Below, one piece after another: positions 38,750-50,227 of a DNA stretch of 64,000 nt; within the stretch, counting starts at the first letter, position 1; every line of letters begins with the position of its first letter. The DNA comes from Takakia lepidozioides (lineage: Eukaryota > Plantae > Bryophyta). The translations under genes and the position numbers were made by a program. The notes under the pieces are model-generated. The model saw only the letters and a program-made list of their open reading frames with translations. It did no database searches and was not told the DNA's origin. The stretch covers positions 4,278,001 through 4,342,000 of the forward strand of contig CM060732.1 of the NCBI GenBank assembly GCA_030704615.1. The letters run 5' to 3'.

Positions 38750-41700
38750 CTACTCTCCTACACCCTCCGAGGAACTTGCCCCACCTTCTTCCTCATCCCC
38801 CTCATCCCCCTCATCCTCCGAGCTCTGTGATGCATCAGTTCCACTATGCCTCTCAAAAATCCCATCCTCTCCTTGGGGGACTGTCCACCTCACCTCCTGG
38901 GAATCTTCTGCGTCTTCTCCCCCACTTTCCTCAACAGAATCCAAGACAAATCTACGAGCCCGACGGGCTCTAATAGCTGCTGCCTCCTCCCTCATCTTCA
39001 TTTTCTTGAGGCTTGCCTCGTCTAAAATCTGTTGTACACGACTAGGTTCGGAACACCTCCTAATGGACACCGAAGCAAGTGGGGCAGCATAAGTAGGAAG
39101 GATGTACTTCCTTTTTGGACTAGGCATGAAATCCCCCCTGGCAAAAAAAGACACGTTCCTCCTGCCCATGAACTCCGGTGTAGACGTCCCTCCGGCAGTA
39201 CTTGGCATCCTACAGTAAGAACAAATCCACTTCAAGAATGTCAATACCAGCACAACCAGAAAGGGTTTTTCAATGAAATAAGAGAGCGGAGGGAGGTGCC
39301 TCACAAAATTTGGAGGCAACTTACAATGCCACCACTCACTCATAAACCGGGGGCTCCTCGGCCTCAATCCCAACTTCCTCCCCCTGCTCCTTCTCGGATT
39401 TTTTCCTCATCCTCCAGGATGCCTCTTCCTCTTTCGGCAGACGTTCAGCCGCTGCAAGTTCCGAGTTGTGGAGGGCAGTATCTGGCTCGAAGGCGAACAC
39501 ATGCCTGTCGAACAACGTCCCTGCCCACATTGAAGCACCTGAGGAACAAAGCGGGCGGGTTAATAGCTTGCGGCATGCAATTGCAATCGGGCCAGGGGAC
39601 AAACTGAGCACGTGAAGGCTTACCCGTGCCGCATGTGAGGTCCAGAATCCGCCCTTGGACATCCGAGCACGTCTCCATGAGGGTTTGGATGAAAGCAGGG
39701 CTCCGGGTCCGGCTGTACCGCCACGGTTTGCCTGTCTTTGTGTCCTTCGGCATACTGGAGTGGGGCACATAGTTGTAGAGGACATTGTAGGTTACAGGGT
39801 CCACAGCGGGCATCAACAAGACGACCGTCGTTGCGGAATTTGAACGTAGACCCTCTCTTCACAAAGCAATATGCCTCAAACACCAATGTCTGCACATCCA
39901 GCAAAGAAGGGATCAACCAGGGTCTACTTAACATACACCACAATATGAAGTGAATGCAATAGATTGATAACTTACACTTTGGCCCTCTGTTCGCAACCCC
40001 TGTGTACTGATGCAGAACCATTTTCTTGAGGAGGACGGGGGGTGACACTTTTCGGTGTCCACCTTGCCACCGCATTCTCTGTGGTCTTCCCTCTCGTGGC
40101 AAGGACAACCACACATCCACCCGTCATCCAGAAGCATCCCCACCAGCCCAAAACCCGGCTTTCCAGTGGTCCTCAGTAAACCTGTTCCAGGTGGGCACAC
40201 CATCCAGGCCCTCCAGCCAGCTCCCCATCTGGAATGTCGAGGAGAATCATGTCGCAAGCTCTCTCCACCTCAACCCACCCCGAGTGCTCTTGCAATCTGT
40301 GCTCACAGCCGTGAAGAATTCCATCATGGCTTCAAAACCAGGGGTGTCTTTAGGCTCTGTACTGCCAGCTATCTTCTTGGCTTTCCCCTTCTGCTCCGCC
40401 AGAGAGACTTGCTGTGTGCCACCTTTTTCGCCCTGGCAGCGAGAGCGTCAAGGAAGCTCTCATTGACGCATTGGATGATGGTTGGAGGTTCTAGCTTGGC
40501 CTGTGCGTAAACGTCACCGCCAATAACCGTCGGTAGGCTCGCCACAAATGCCAACTATTAGGCAACGCCCTCAACTGCCAACTTCTGACTTGGGACCCCA
40601 CTCCCAACAGGACCAAACCCGACGACCGGGTTGACTGGGTAGGAGCAACAGCAGTCGCAGGACCTTGAACAAAGTCGTCGTCCGAGTCACTCTCTTGGGT
40701 CCTCCTGAGGCCTCCTCCGATGCCCCGATGGTTTTCCTTCTTTTGGGGTGTTACTTGCACTCACTGTTTCCTTTGTCCATTTGCCTTTGGCCTTACTCTT
40801 CTATGCAAATCCTAATTCTGAAGATTCGCTTTCTGCCAGCAACTCGCAAGCGCTTTTGCCTCTTTTGCAACACGGCATCCAACCTAGCCATCTGTCCCAA
40901 GGTCCCTTACGCAGATGCCTTTTCCATCTGCCTTCTCTGTTCTCGGCAAGCGGAGCTGAGCCAAGTCTGCGTTCGGTCGCAAGAATTCAGCATCCAAGTC
41001 CTTCAATTGCAAAGCTCAATCCGTAAGACAGAAGATGGGTCGCGAGCGAAGCTGGGCGGAAGGTCCACATACCAAGGAATCACGCAAAATGCTCAGATGC
41101 CACTCCTTCACAATATCGTCAGTGTACATGGAATCAGCCCAGGGTTCCTCCATGCCAGGAAGAAATGGTGGCTCGAAAGACAGATGACCTTTCTCCAAAA
41201 GGGAGAACTTGCAGTACCTGCATTCATGAAAAACACAATGAGGTCCCTGAAATGCATATTCGGCACCATTTTCCCAGGTTGGGGCGGATGTGAGTGGGCC
41301 TAGAAATGGAAAAATGGCGCCGAATTTCGGTTTTCGGTGACTGCCACCCTAGGGACTTAGCCAATCTTGGGAGCCCTGAACTGGAAATTCGGCGCCATTT
41401 TTCCCGTTTGGCCCGAAGATGGCTAAGTCCCAGAACCGCAATAGGGCCTAGAACTGGAAAAATGGCGCCGAATTTCCAGTTCAGGGCCAGCCACCCTAGG
41501 GACTTAGCCCGAAAATGGCTAAGTCCCTGAACGGCAATAGGGCCTAGAACTGGAAAAATGGCGAAGAATTTCCAGTTCAGGGCCAGCCACCCTAGGGACT
41601 TAGCCCGAAAATGGCTACGTCCCTGAACGGCAATAGGGCCTAGAACTGGAAAATGGCGCCGAATTTCCACTTCAGGGCCAGCCACCCTAGGGACTTAGCC

Positions 41701-44700
41701 CGAAAATGGCTAAGTCCTGAACGGCAATAGGGCCCGGAACTGGAAAATGGCGCCGAATTTCCAGTTCAGGGCCAGCCAGTCTAGGGACTTAGCCCGAAAA
41801 TGGCTAAGTCCCTGAACGGCAATAGGGCCTAGAACTGGAAAATGGCGCCGAATTTCCAGTTCCGGGCCAGCCAGTCTAGGGACTTAGCCCGAAAATGGCC
41901 AAGTCCCTGAACAACAATAGGGCCTAGAACTAGAAAATGGTGCCGAATTTCCAGTTCAGGGCCAGCCAGTCTAGGGACTTAGCCATTTTCGGAGCCCTGA
42001 CTGGAAATTCGGCGCCATTTTCCCTAACACCACATGAGGCCTCTAACATCCTGAAATGCAAGGACTTGAAATAAAGGCAGCGCGTATGTACCTGTACAGA
42101 AGGCGCATTGCTGCTTTGTCCGTGTTCGGCTGGTCGGTGAACTCGTGGCTCCGGCGAGCATCTGCTATCTCCCGAAAGAATAGGTTGGTTTTGTAGAGCA
42201 GAAAGTACCTCGTCACATAGTCACGTAGGCTCTCTGCTGCAGGAGATATCTCCATCTTGAACTGATGTGCTTGTGTGTCCAGCTGCTCTTGCGCATTCGT
42301 CGTCACCTGTGGAGATTCTCCATCAGATCGCTTTCTTGAAAAAAATACAATGAATCCACCCCCTACTAGAGTAGAAGCCCCAAATGAAGCGTGGGGAAGT
42401 ACCTGAAACCACCATGTCATGCGGTTTCATCCACATGTCGAATGTGGGGTCAGAGAGTTTGTCCGGTTTGGGGAAGCTCCACATGTCCCTGGTATTTGGG
42501 AACCATTCCAGATTTGGAGCCACCGGGTCTGTCCAACCACCCAGCATATTCGTAAGCGCCAAACACCACAAAAAGGAGTTGTTGCCACCACAATTTGGTT
42601 AAGAATGTATCACCTTTTCTGTTGCATCCACACAGGATGTGGCTAGATGATGGAGCTTCTCCAATGTCATCGTGGGCTTCAGAGCGCGAGAGTAGTGCTT
42701 CCCCACCTCCACCAGAAAGTCGGCACCAAGGGCGGGATCAGCTATGGCCACGTACTTTACCATCCGCGACTTGTACTTTATGCGGGCCCTCACCTCCGCA
42801 GCTTTGACATACGATTCGAGTGCCGGGAGGGTTGGATTCTTCTCCTCTGACTCCATGTAGAACCTCCGCGCATGTGCCAAATCCTGCTGTATTTTCGTCT
42901 GTCAAGAATGCGCACATAAGATTAGAGATCCTGCTCAACAATTTCTTCTATTGGGGGAGGAGATTAGAAATCACGGTGAAGACCTTTTCTTCTATTGGGG
43001 GAGGAGAGACAGATTAGCTCAACAAAACTGTCAGGAGCTTTACCCGAAATATGTAGTCCACCATGGCGTCGACGCTCAGCCTATACCAGGTTCTGTCTGC
43101 CTTTGCCTCCGACTTGCGCAGGAGGTCGGCACTGAGGGAATTGGCAAACTCTTGCACCCCCTGCTTCCCGACATCCTTCACTCGGAAGAGCATATGGGAC
43201 AAGTTGGTGGCGATGAAGGCATTCTCAGTCACCCTGCAGTGCCACATTTCCATCAAACAATACTGAAATGGGAATTTTCATTATATATGAGGATTCGCAA
43301 TGAAATGACTTCCAAATTCAAAGTCCAAAAGCGAGAGGCGTTGTAACTTACGAGTTGATGTCCGCCATTGCAGCTTTGAGAAGACTGCGATTTTTGGGCC
43401 CCGCAACCTTCAGCACAACACACTCCACGGCGAAATGCCAATCGAGGTTGTTGGGGTGAGCTTGGGCAATGTGCTCCATCCATGCCAGGAGGCGATGATT
43501 GCCGTCCCACACGTAGAACATCTTACCGGACAAGTGCTGGAAAAGAGGATCACTAGCAATCGATCTCTCGAACTCCTCATTTCGCGTTTGCCAATGGGGA
43601 CCCCATTTGTCCACCTCATCGGAAGTGTGGGCACGGGAAGCTCCGTGGTCGTTCTCAATGGAAACGTAAAACGCGGCAGACCCCATTCGATATCCATCCC
43701 GGAAAGAGAATTTCAGCTTGTCGATATCGCCTGGGAGGGCAGGTCTCACCACCTGCAATGACACCAAGCGGCAAAGGGGAATTCGAAGCTTGGCCGGGTA
43801 CACCATGCCCCCAGCACCCTGCCAATGTTGCTGTGGGTTGCCTCCAACATCTTAGCAGCGGCCAACTTCATATCCACCTCCGACATGACGTCTGCTGCAG
43901 AGGGGTTTTCCGGCAGCCCACCAGGACCGCCAAATCCAGCCTGTATGCTCCGGGTTTGGGGCCTGGGGATGTCCGGGAGGATGTCATCCTGGTCAGAAAG
44001 CTCCCTGTCGTCCTCCTCAACAGGGTCAGCCACCTGCGAAACCACCTCCAGCACTCTCCCCGTCTCTACTGCCCTCTCCCTGGCTTCACCTCGAACTTGC
44101 ACAATCCGTGCTCTTTCTGGTGTTCTTTCCTCTCCTCCACTCTCCACCGTATGGGTAATTGCAGGGGCTGCTCTTGCCGCGATGGTCTAACCGGTGTGTT
44201 GCTGCCTCTTTGTGGTGTCTTGGAGGGATCCACCGTCTCTGTGCGTCCCTCACTTACATGGGAATTTGTTCGTTCGGAACCCCTGGCCTCTTCAGTGGCC
44301 TTTTCTCTTTCCTCCTGGCTAGCCTTGTGTCTTGCCTGTTCTTTTGCCATCTCTTTTGCCCTCTCACGGGCTCTCTGTTTCTTATTAGGACTAGCAGCAA
44401 GGGAGCCCGGATGGACGACCACCTTTGAGGTAGGCGAATTGACACCCTCGCGCGCACTGCGAACTCCCCCCTCCGCAGCCCGTGACGGCTCTTGCGCCGG
44501 GGATTGCACGCGCTTGGCTTTCTTCTTCTTCTTTGCTTGGACGGGCCCTACTGCTTCTGCATCAACAACCTCCATTGCCGGATCTGCTGTTCTCACTTCC
44601 TCACGCCCTTCACCAACCTCCCCAATGCCTATTCTGTCGTACTCTCGCTGTAGGTCCTCCCGTCCACCAACAAAAGGTTGAAGTTTGCCCTCTCGCTCCA

Positions 44701-45295
44701 AGGTGGGCGGTTCAAACATGCGATGAGTTGCAGCAGTCGATGATACCACCAGCGTGCCGGGCTCGTCGTCACTCTGTCATTCCCAAAATCGTGAGAACCA
44801 ACATCGGTGCCAAAACCAGCATCGCAACCACCATAGCAACAATTGTGTAACAAAAATGAAAACATAACAAGTTTAGGAAGTATGGAGAGCCATGCAACAA
44901 CAATGAAAACAAATGCAACCATTGCCTGAGAATGACATGCACAAGCAGCCTTCTCCAAAGCTGCCGGATTTGCACACGCATTGCAAACAATCTAAGGTTC
45001 ACTCAACTATCTAAAGTTCACTCATCCAGCGAAGCCAGGATGAAGATGCAAAAACAAAGCGAGGCAACAAAGCGAAAGCAAAAGCGAAATCGAACAAAGC
45101 GAAAGCAGAAGTGGCTTGCCTGAGAGTAGTCGGCTCAGTTGGCGCGGGTTGTGAGCAAGACACTGGAATCTCCTGCTGGAGCTTCAGTTTGGCCATGCGA
45201 GAGATTGGCCGTCGTCCGTAGTACAGAGCTTTCAACTTCCGCCGCGGTCTGGATGTGAGGTCTCTCTCAGGAGAGCCACGCCCTTCAGGCGGCAT
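38750..45295 (-). pseudogene. ParB/Srx plus beta-class N4C/N6A DNA methyltransferase-like multi-exon gene, copy B
   Basis: ParB FYVWDGNHRLLA near 43500; array-filled intron 41218-42091; MTase motifs CDMILLDIPDG (40256-40224), LLDD(G)GCVVV, FEAYCFVK, RSPAFIQTLMETCSDVQGRILDLTCGTG|ASMWAGTLFDRHVFAFEPD joined across intron 39539-39623; acidic C-terminal tail. The 3' half has many 1-bp frameshifts. Confidence 0.78.
41255..42025. repeat. Intronic tandem array, 95-bp monomer (deletion derivative of the 146-bp unit)
   Basis: GGGACTTAGCC at 41499, 41595, 41690, 41784, 41879 and 41974. Confidence 0.95.
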
Positions 45296-45499
45296 AAGTC
45301 CCAGCCAAAATGGAAAAAGATCTCCGTTTTTGGGGTACATGCCTCGAATAGCATGTTAAGCCAAGATTAGCATCAGATTTAGGGTACGTATCCAGGAAGC
45401 CATGTGTCGCCAGCCCGAATGAAAACGGACGGCGGTGGACATTTATTGCCCAACTGCGCAATTAAATGTCGGATGAAGCCCTCCATGTCGGATGAAAAA

Positions 45500-46010
45500 C
45501 GACGGAACTCGGCCCGGAATTTCCAACGTAGAGGTAATTCAGAGCGCTGCAGGATGGAAATCCGGCGCCGGATTTCCATCCTGCAGGTAATTCGGAGCGC
45601 AGCAGGATGGAAACTCAGCGCCGAATTTCCATCCTGCAAGGTAGGGCGGCGCGCAAAATTTCCCTCACGCAGGTAATTCAGAAGCAGATGGATGGAAATC
45701 CGGCGCCGAATTTCCATCCGCGCAGGTAGGACGGCGCGCGAAATTTCCCTCACGCATTTAATTCCGAAGCGCATGGATGGAAATCCGGCGCCGGATTTCC
45801 ATCCGCAAGGTTGGTTGGAGAGCGGATGGATGGAAATCCGGCGCCGAATTTCCATCCTGTAGGTAATTCGAATCCCGGATGGATGGAAATCCGGCGCCGA
45901 ATTTCCATCCAGCAGGTAAGTCGGATCGCTGGCGTATGGATATTTGGCGCCGAATTTCCATTCGCCAGGTATTTTGAAGCGCTGAATTACCTTCCTGCAG
46001 GTAATTCTGA
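45500..46010. repeat. Type 2 palindromic array, copy B
   Basis: Repeated GGATGGAAATCCGGCGCCG(G/A)ATTTCCATCC and CAGGTAA modules. Confidence 0.92.
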
Positions 46011-46129
46011 GCGTGTCCGATTGATTTTTCGGAGAAAAACAAACTAAACTGTTTGTTTTGTGGCTGAAGTGCACTTGTAGACACGTTTTTCTTGGAATCC
46101 TTGACTGCTAGAGGCAAATCGGAACAGCC

Positions 46130-47050
46130 TCGGACGGAAATTCGGCGCCGTTTTTCCATTCTGGGAGGTTTTGACGACTTCCTTTGAGGGGGCGGGATGG
46201 TCTCTGTCGGAGAGGTGCCGGCCTCTCCGCCGCTCTGTTGGATATTCGGTGCCGAATTTCCGTCCGGGGGTTGAGATATGACGGCCAGGTGCCGGCATCT
46301 CCCCCCTCCCCGACTGCATTGGAACGGCCCCGGATGGAAATTCGGCGCCGTTTTTCCATCTGAGGAGGTTTTTATGTCGGCCAGTTTTCGGCCTGACCCC
46401 CCGAGACGACTTCATTTGGGGGGGCCCGGATGGAAATTCGGCGCCGAATCTTCATCCAGGGGATGCTCTCTGTTGAACACGTGCCGGCCTCTACGCGCGA
46501 GGCGACTTCATCCGGGCGTCCCCTGTTGGATATTCGGTGCCGAATTTCCGTCCGGGGGTTGAAATGTGACGGCCAGGTGCCGGCCTCTCCCCCCTCCCCG
46601 ACTGCATCCGAACCGCCCGGATGGAAATTCGGTGCCGTTTTTCCATCTGGGGAGGTTTTATGTCGGCCAGTTTTCGGCCTGACCCCCCGACACGACTTCC
46701 TTTGGGGGGGCCCGGATGGAAATTCGGCGCCGAATCTCCATCCAGGGGATGTTCTCTGTCGCACACGCGCCGGCCTCTGCGCCCGAGGCGACTTCATCCG
46801 GGCTTCCCCTGTTGTATATTCGGTGCCGAATTTCCGTCCGGGGGTTGTAATGTGAGGGCCAGATGGATCCTTTGGGGGGATCCGAATGGAAATTCGGCGC
46901 TGAATTTCCATCCGGGGGATGTTCTCTGTCGGACAAGTGCCGGCATCTCTGCCCCAGACGACTTCATCCGTGCGGCCCCTGTTGGATATTGGGTGCCGAA
47001 TTTCCATTCGGGGGTAGTAATGTGACGGCACGGTGCCGGCTTCTCCCCTT
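46130..47050. repeat. Type 3 palindromic array, copy B (~96-bp subunits, ~286-bp higher-order repeat)
   Basis: ATGTCGGCCAGTTTTCGGCCTGACC at 46374 and 46660; palindromic cores roughly every 92-101 bp. Confidence 0.9.
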
Positions 47051-47132
47051 CAGCCGACATCATCCGGACGGCCCCCCACTTTCTGACTGCATACCGTTGG
47101 CAGTTATTGCGCAAAGACCAGGCACATCTCCC

Positions 47133-47699
47133 ATGGCGGAAAACCCGAGCGCTACAGTGTACTGCCCTCCTCACGAGCATAGAGCTTCATTTCCGTGCAG
47201 AGGGGACATCTGCCGGGTGATGGAGAAATATCCGTGCGTTCGATACGCCCTGAAACCGGGGTCGGTTTTTTTGGAGGAGGAAAGGAAGGACTCAAACGGC
47301 CTTGTTGACGAGAGTATTGTTGTGCTCCACGATGATTTCGGCGATGGCAGGGAATGGCGAGTTCCACCATCGGACAGCGTCATATACAGGGCTGTTGGGG
47401 ACTTCATTTGCATGCCAAATGCACCTTCTATCTTGGCGCCTTCCACGAAACAATCCGCGAATCAGAGAGTGGCTACCTCAAAGAGAGAAGTCTGCAACAA
47501 AGTAAATCCAGAGCCGAACCCATCCATGAAGACGAGCGAGAACCGGGTTGTTCACAACCTGTCCGACTCAGACGAGGTCATGGAAGTTCCGAGGTCGTCC
47601 TGGAGATCAGGCAAGTCCTCAAACGTTGAGCGTGAACAAGCTGCACAAACTCCTCCTTAGGGATTCCAGAAATCATTGATGGGGCAAAGGGAATCCTCC
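47133..47699 (+). pseudogene. Internally deleted transposase of copy B
   Basis: MAENPSATV..SWRSGKSS (matches 26296-26785) fused directly to the equivalent of 29834-29889; ~3.05 kb missing. Confidence 0.92.
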
Positions 47700-47819
47700 A
47701 TATGGATATTTTCAATTGCATTTTGCTGTATCAGACTTTTTTTTGCAGTGTAATGAAATGCACCCCAAAACTCCTGGAATGAGGCAATATTCCATTCAAA
47801 CTGAGATCCAACAGAAGCA

Positions 47820-49515
47820 GAGGCCATTTCTGGAAAAATGGCGCCGAATTTCTCTTTTTGGGGCCGAAAACTGGCTAAGTCTTCGGCACCATTTTCCTAG
47901 GTTGGGCCCGAAAATGGCTAAGTCCCAGAACTGACTGGGCGCGGAACTAGAAAAATGGCGCCGAATTTCCGGTTGCGGTTCCAGCCACCCTAGGGACTTA
48001 GCCATTTTCGGGGCCCTGAACTGGAAAAATGGCGCCATTTTTCCATTACGGGGCTGAAAATGGCTAAGTCCCAGATCTGACTGGGCCTGGAACTGAAAAA
48101 ATGGCGCCGAATTTCCGATTTTGCTGCCAGCCACCCTAAGGACAGCCATTTTCGGCCCCGAACTGGAAAAATGACGCCATTTTTCCAGTTCGGGGCCAAA
48201 AATGGCTAAGTCCCAGATCTGACAGGGCGCGGAACTGGAAAAATGGCGCCGAATTTCCGGTTGCGGTTCCAACCACCTTAGGGACTTAGTCATTTTCGGG
48301 GCCTTAAACTGGAAAAATGGCGCCATTTTTCCATTTCGAGGCCGTAAATGGCTAAGTCCTAGATCTGACTGGGCCTGGAACCGGAAAAATGGCGCCGAAT
48401 TTCCGATTTTGGTGCCAGTCAGATCTGGGACTTAGCCATTTTCGGCCCCGAACTGAAAAAATGACGTTTTTTTTTTTTGTTTTTTTTTTCCGGCGCCATT
48501 TTTCCAGTTCGGGGCCGAAAATGGCTAAGTCCCAGATCTGACTGGGCCCGGAACTGGAAAAATGGCGCCGAATTTCCGATTTTGGTGCCAGCCACCCTAG
48601 GGACTTAGCCATTTTCGGCCCCGAACTGGAAAATGGCGCCATTTTTCCAGTTCGGGGCCGAAAATGGCTAAGTCCCAGATCTGATAGGGCGCGAAACTGG
48701 AAAAATGGTGCCGAATTTCCAGTTGCGGTTCCAGCCACCGTAGGAACTTAGCCATTTTCGGGGCCCTGAACTGGAAAAATGGCGCCATTTTTCCATTTCG
48801 GGGCCAAAAATGGCTAAGTCCCAGATCTGACTGGGCCCAGAACTGGAAAAATGGCGCCGAATTTCCGATTTTGGTGCCAGTCAGATCTGGGACTAAGCCG
48901 TTTTCAGCCCCGAACTGGGAAAATGACGTTTTTTTTTTTTTTTTCTTTTTATTTTTCTTTTTCGGCGCCATTTTTCCAGTTCGGGGCCGAAAATGGCTAA
49001 GTCCCAGATCTGACTGGGCCCGGAACTGGAAAAATGGCGCCGAATTTCCGATTTTGGTGCCAGCCACCCTAGGGACTTAGCCATTTTCGGCCCCGAACTG
49101 GAAAAATGGCGCCATTTTTCCAGTTCGGGGCCGAAAATGGCTAAGTCCCAGATCTGATAGGGCGCAAAACTGGAAAAATGGTGCCGAATTTCCAGTTGCG
49201 GTTCCAGCCACCGTAGGGACTTAGCCATTTTCGGGGCCCTGAACTGGAAAAATGGCGCCATTTTTCCATTTCGGGGCCGAAAATGGCTAAGTCCCAGATC
49301 TGACTGGGCCCAGAACTGGAAAAATAGCGCTGAATTTCCGATTTTGGTGCCAGTCAGATCTGGGACTTAGCCGTATTCGGCCCCGAACTGGGAAAATGAC
49401 GTTTTTTTTTCTTTTTTCTTTTTTCTTTTTCGGTGCCATTTTTCCAGTTTGGGGCCGAAAATGGCTAAGTCCCAGATCTGACTGGCACAAAAATCGGAAA
49501 TTCGGCGCCATTTTT
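47820..49515. repeat. Type 1 array (142-146-bp units, some with poly-T inserts) downstream of the transposase
   Basis: GGCTAAGTCC at 47916, 48062, 48204, 48350 and onward. Confidence 0.93.
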
Positions 49516-49519
49516 CCAG

Positions 49520-50225
49520 TCATGCAAGTAATTCGAAGAGCGGATGGATGGAAATCCGGCGCCGGATTTCTATCCGCCACGTAAGTCGGCGCGCAAAATT
49601 TCCGTCATGCAGGTAAATCGAAGAGCGGATGGATGAAAATCCGGCGCCGGATTTCCATCCTCCAGGTAAGTCGGTGCTACAAATTTCTGTCATGCAGGTT
49701 ACTTGTGAGCGGATGGATGGAAATCCGGCGCATGATTTCCATCCGCCAGGTACAAAATTTCCGTCATGCAGGTAATTCGGAGCGCGGATGGATGGAAATC
49801 CGGCGACGGATTTCCATCCTCCAGGTAAGTCGGTGCGCAAAATTTCCGTCATGCAGGTAATTCGAAGAGCGGATGGATGGAAATCCGGTGCCGGATTTCC
49901 ATCCGCCAGCTAAGTCGGCGCGCAAAATTTCCGTCATGCAGGTAATTCGAAGAGCGGATGGATGGAAATCCGGCGCCGGATTTCCATCCGCCAGGTAGGT
50001 CGACGCGCAAAATTTCCATCATGCAGGTAATTCGGAGCGCAGATGGATGGAAATCCGGCGCCGGATTTCCATCCTCCAGGTAAGTCGGCGCTGCAAATTT
50101 CCGTCATGCAGGTAATTCGAAGAGCGGATGGATGGAAATCCGGCGCCGAATTTCCGTTAGGCAGGTAATTCGGAGGGCGGATGGATGGAAATCCGGCGCC
50201 GGATTTTCATCCGCCAGCTAAGTCG
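49520..50225. repeat. Type 2 array, 85-bp period
   Basis: CATGCA(G/A)GT at 49521, 49606, 49691, 49765, 49850, 49935, 50020 and 50105. Confidence 0.95.
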
Positions 50226-50227
50226 GA

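Larger units (their letters stand above)
38528..49510. mobile_element. Mutator-like transposon copy B (left terminus, full ParB-MTase gene span, internally deleted transposase)
   Basis: Begins abruptly with the terminal IR next to Gypsy RT sequence; collinear with copy A; transposase deleted at ~47622. Confidence 0.88.

Noticed and set aside
47820-49515. YY1/E2F host factor sites (CGCCATTTT, TTCGGCGC) as the purpose of the arrays
   Set aside because: Short-motif resemblance only; type 2 and 3 arrays lack CGCCATTTT, so it is not the shared core.
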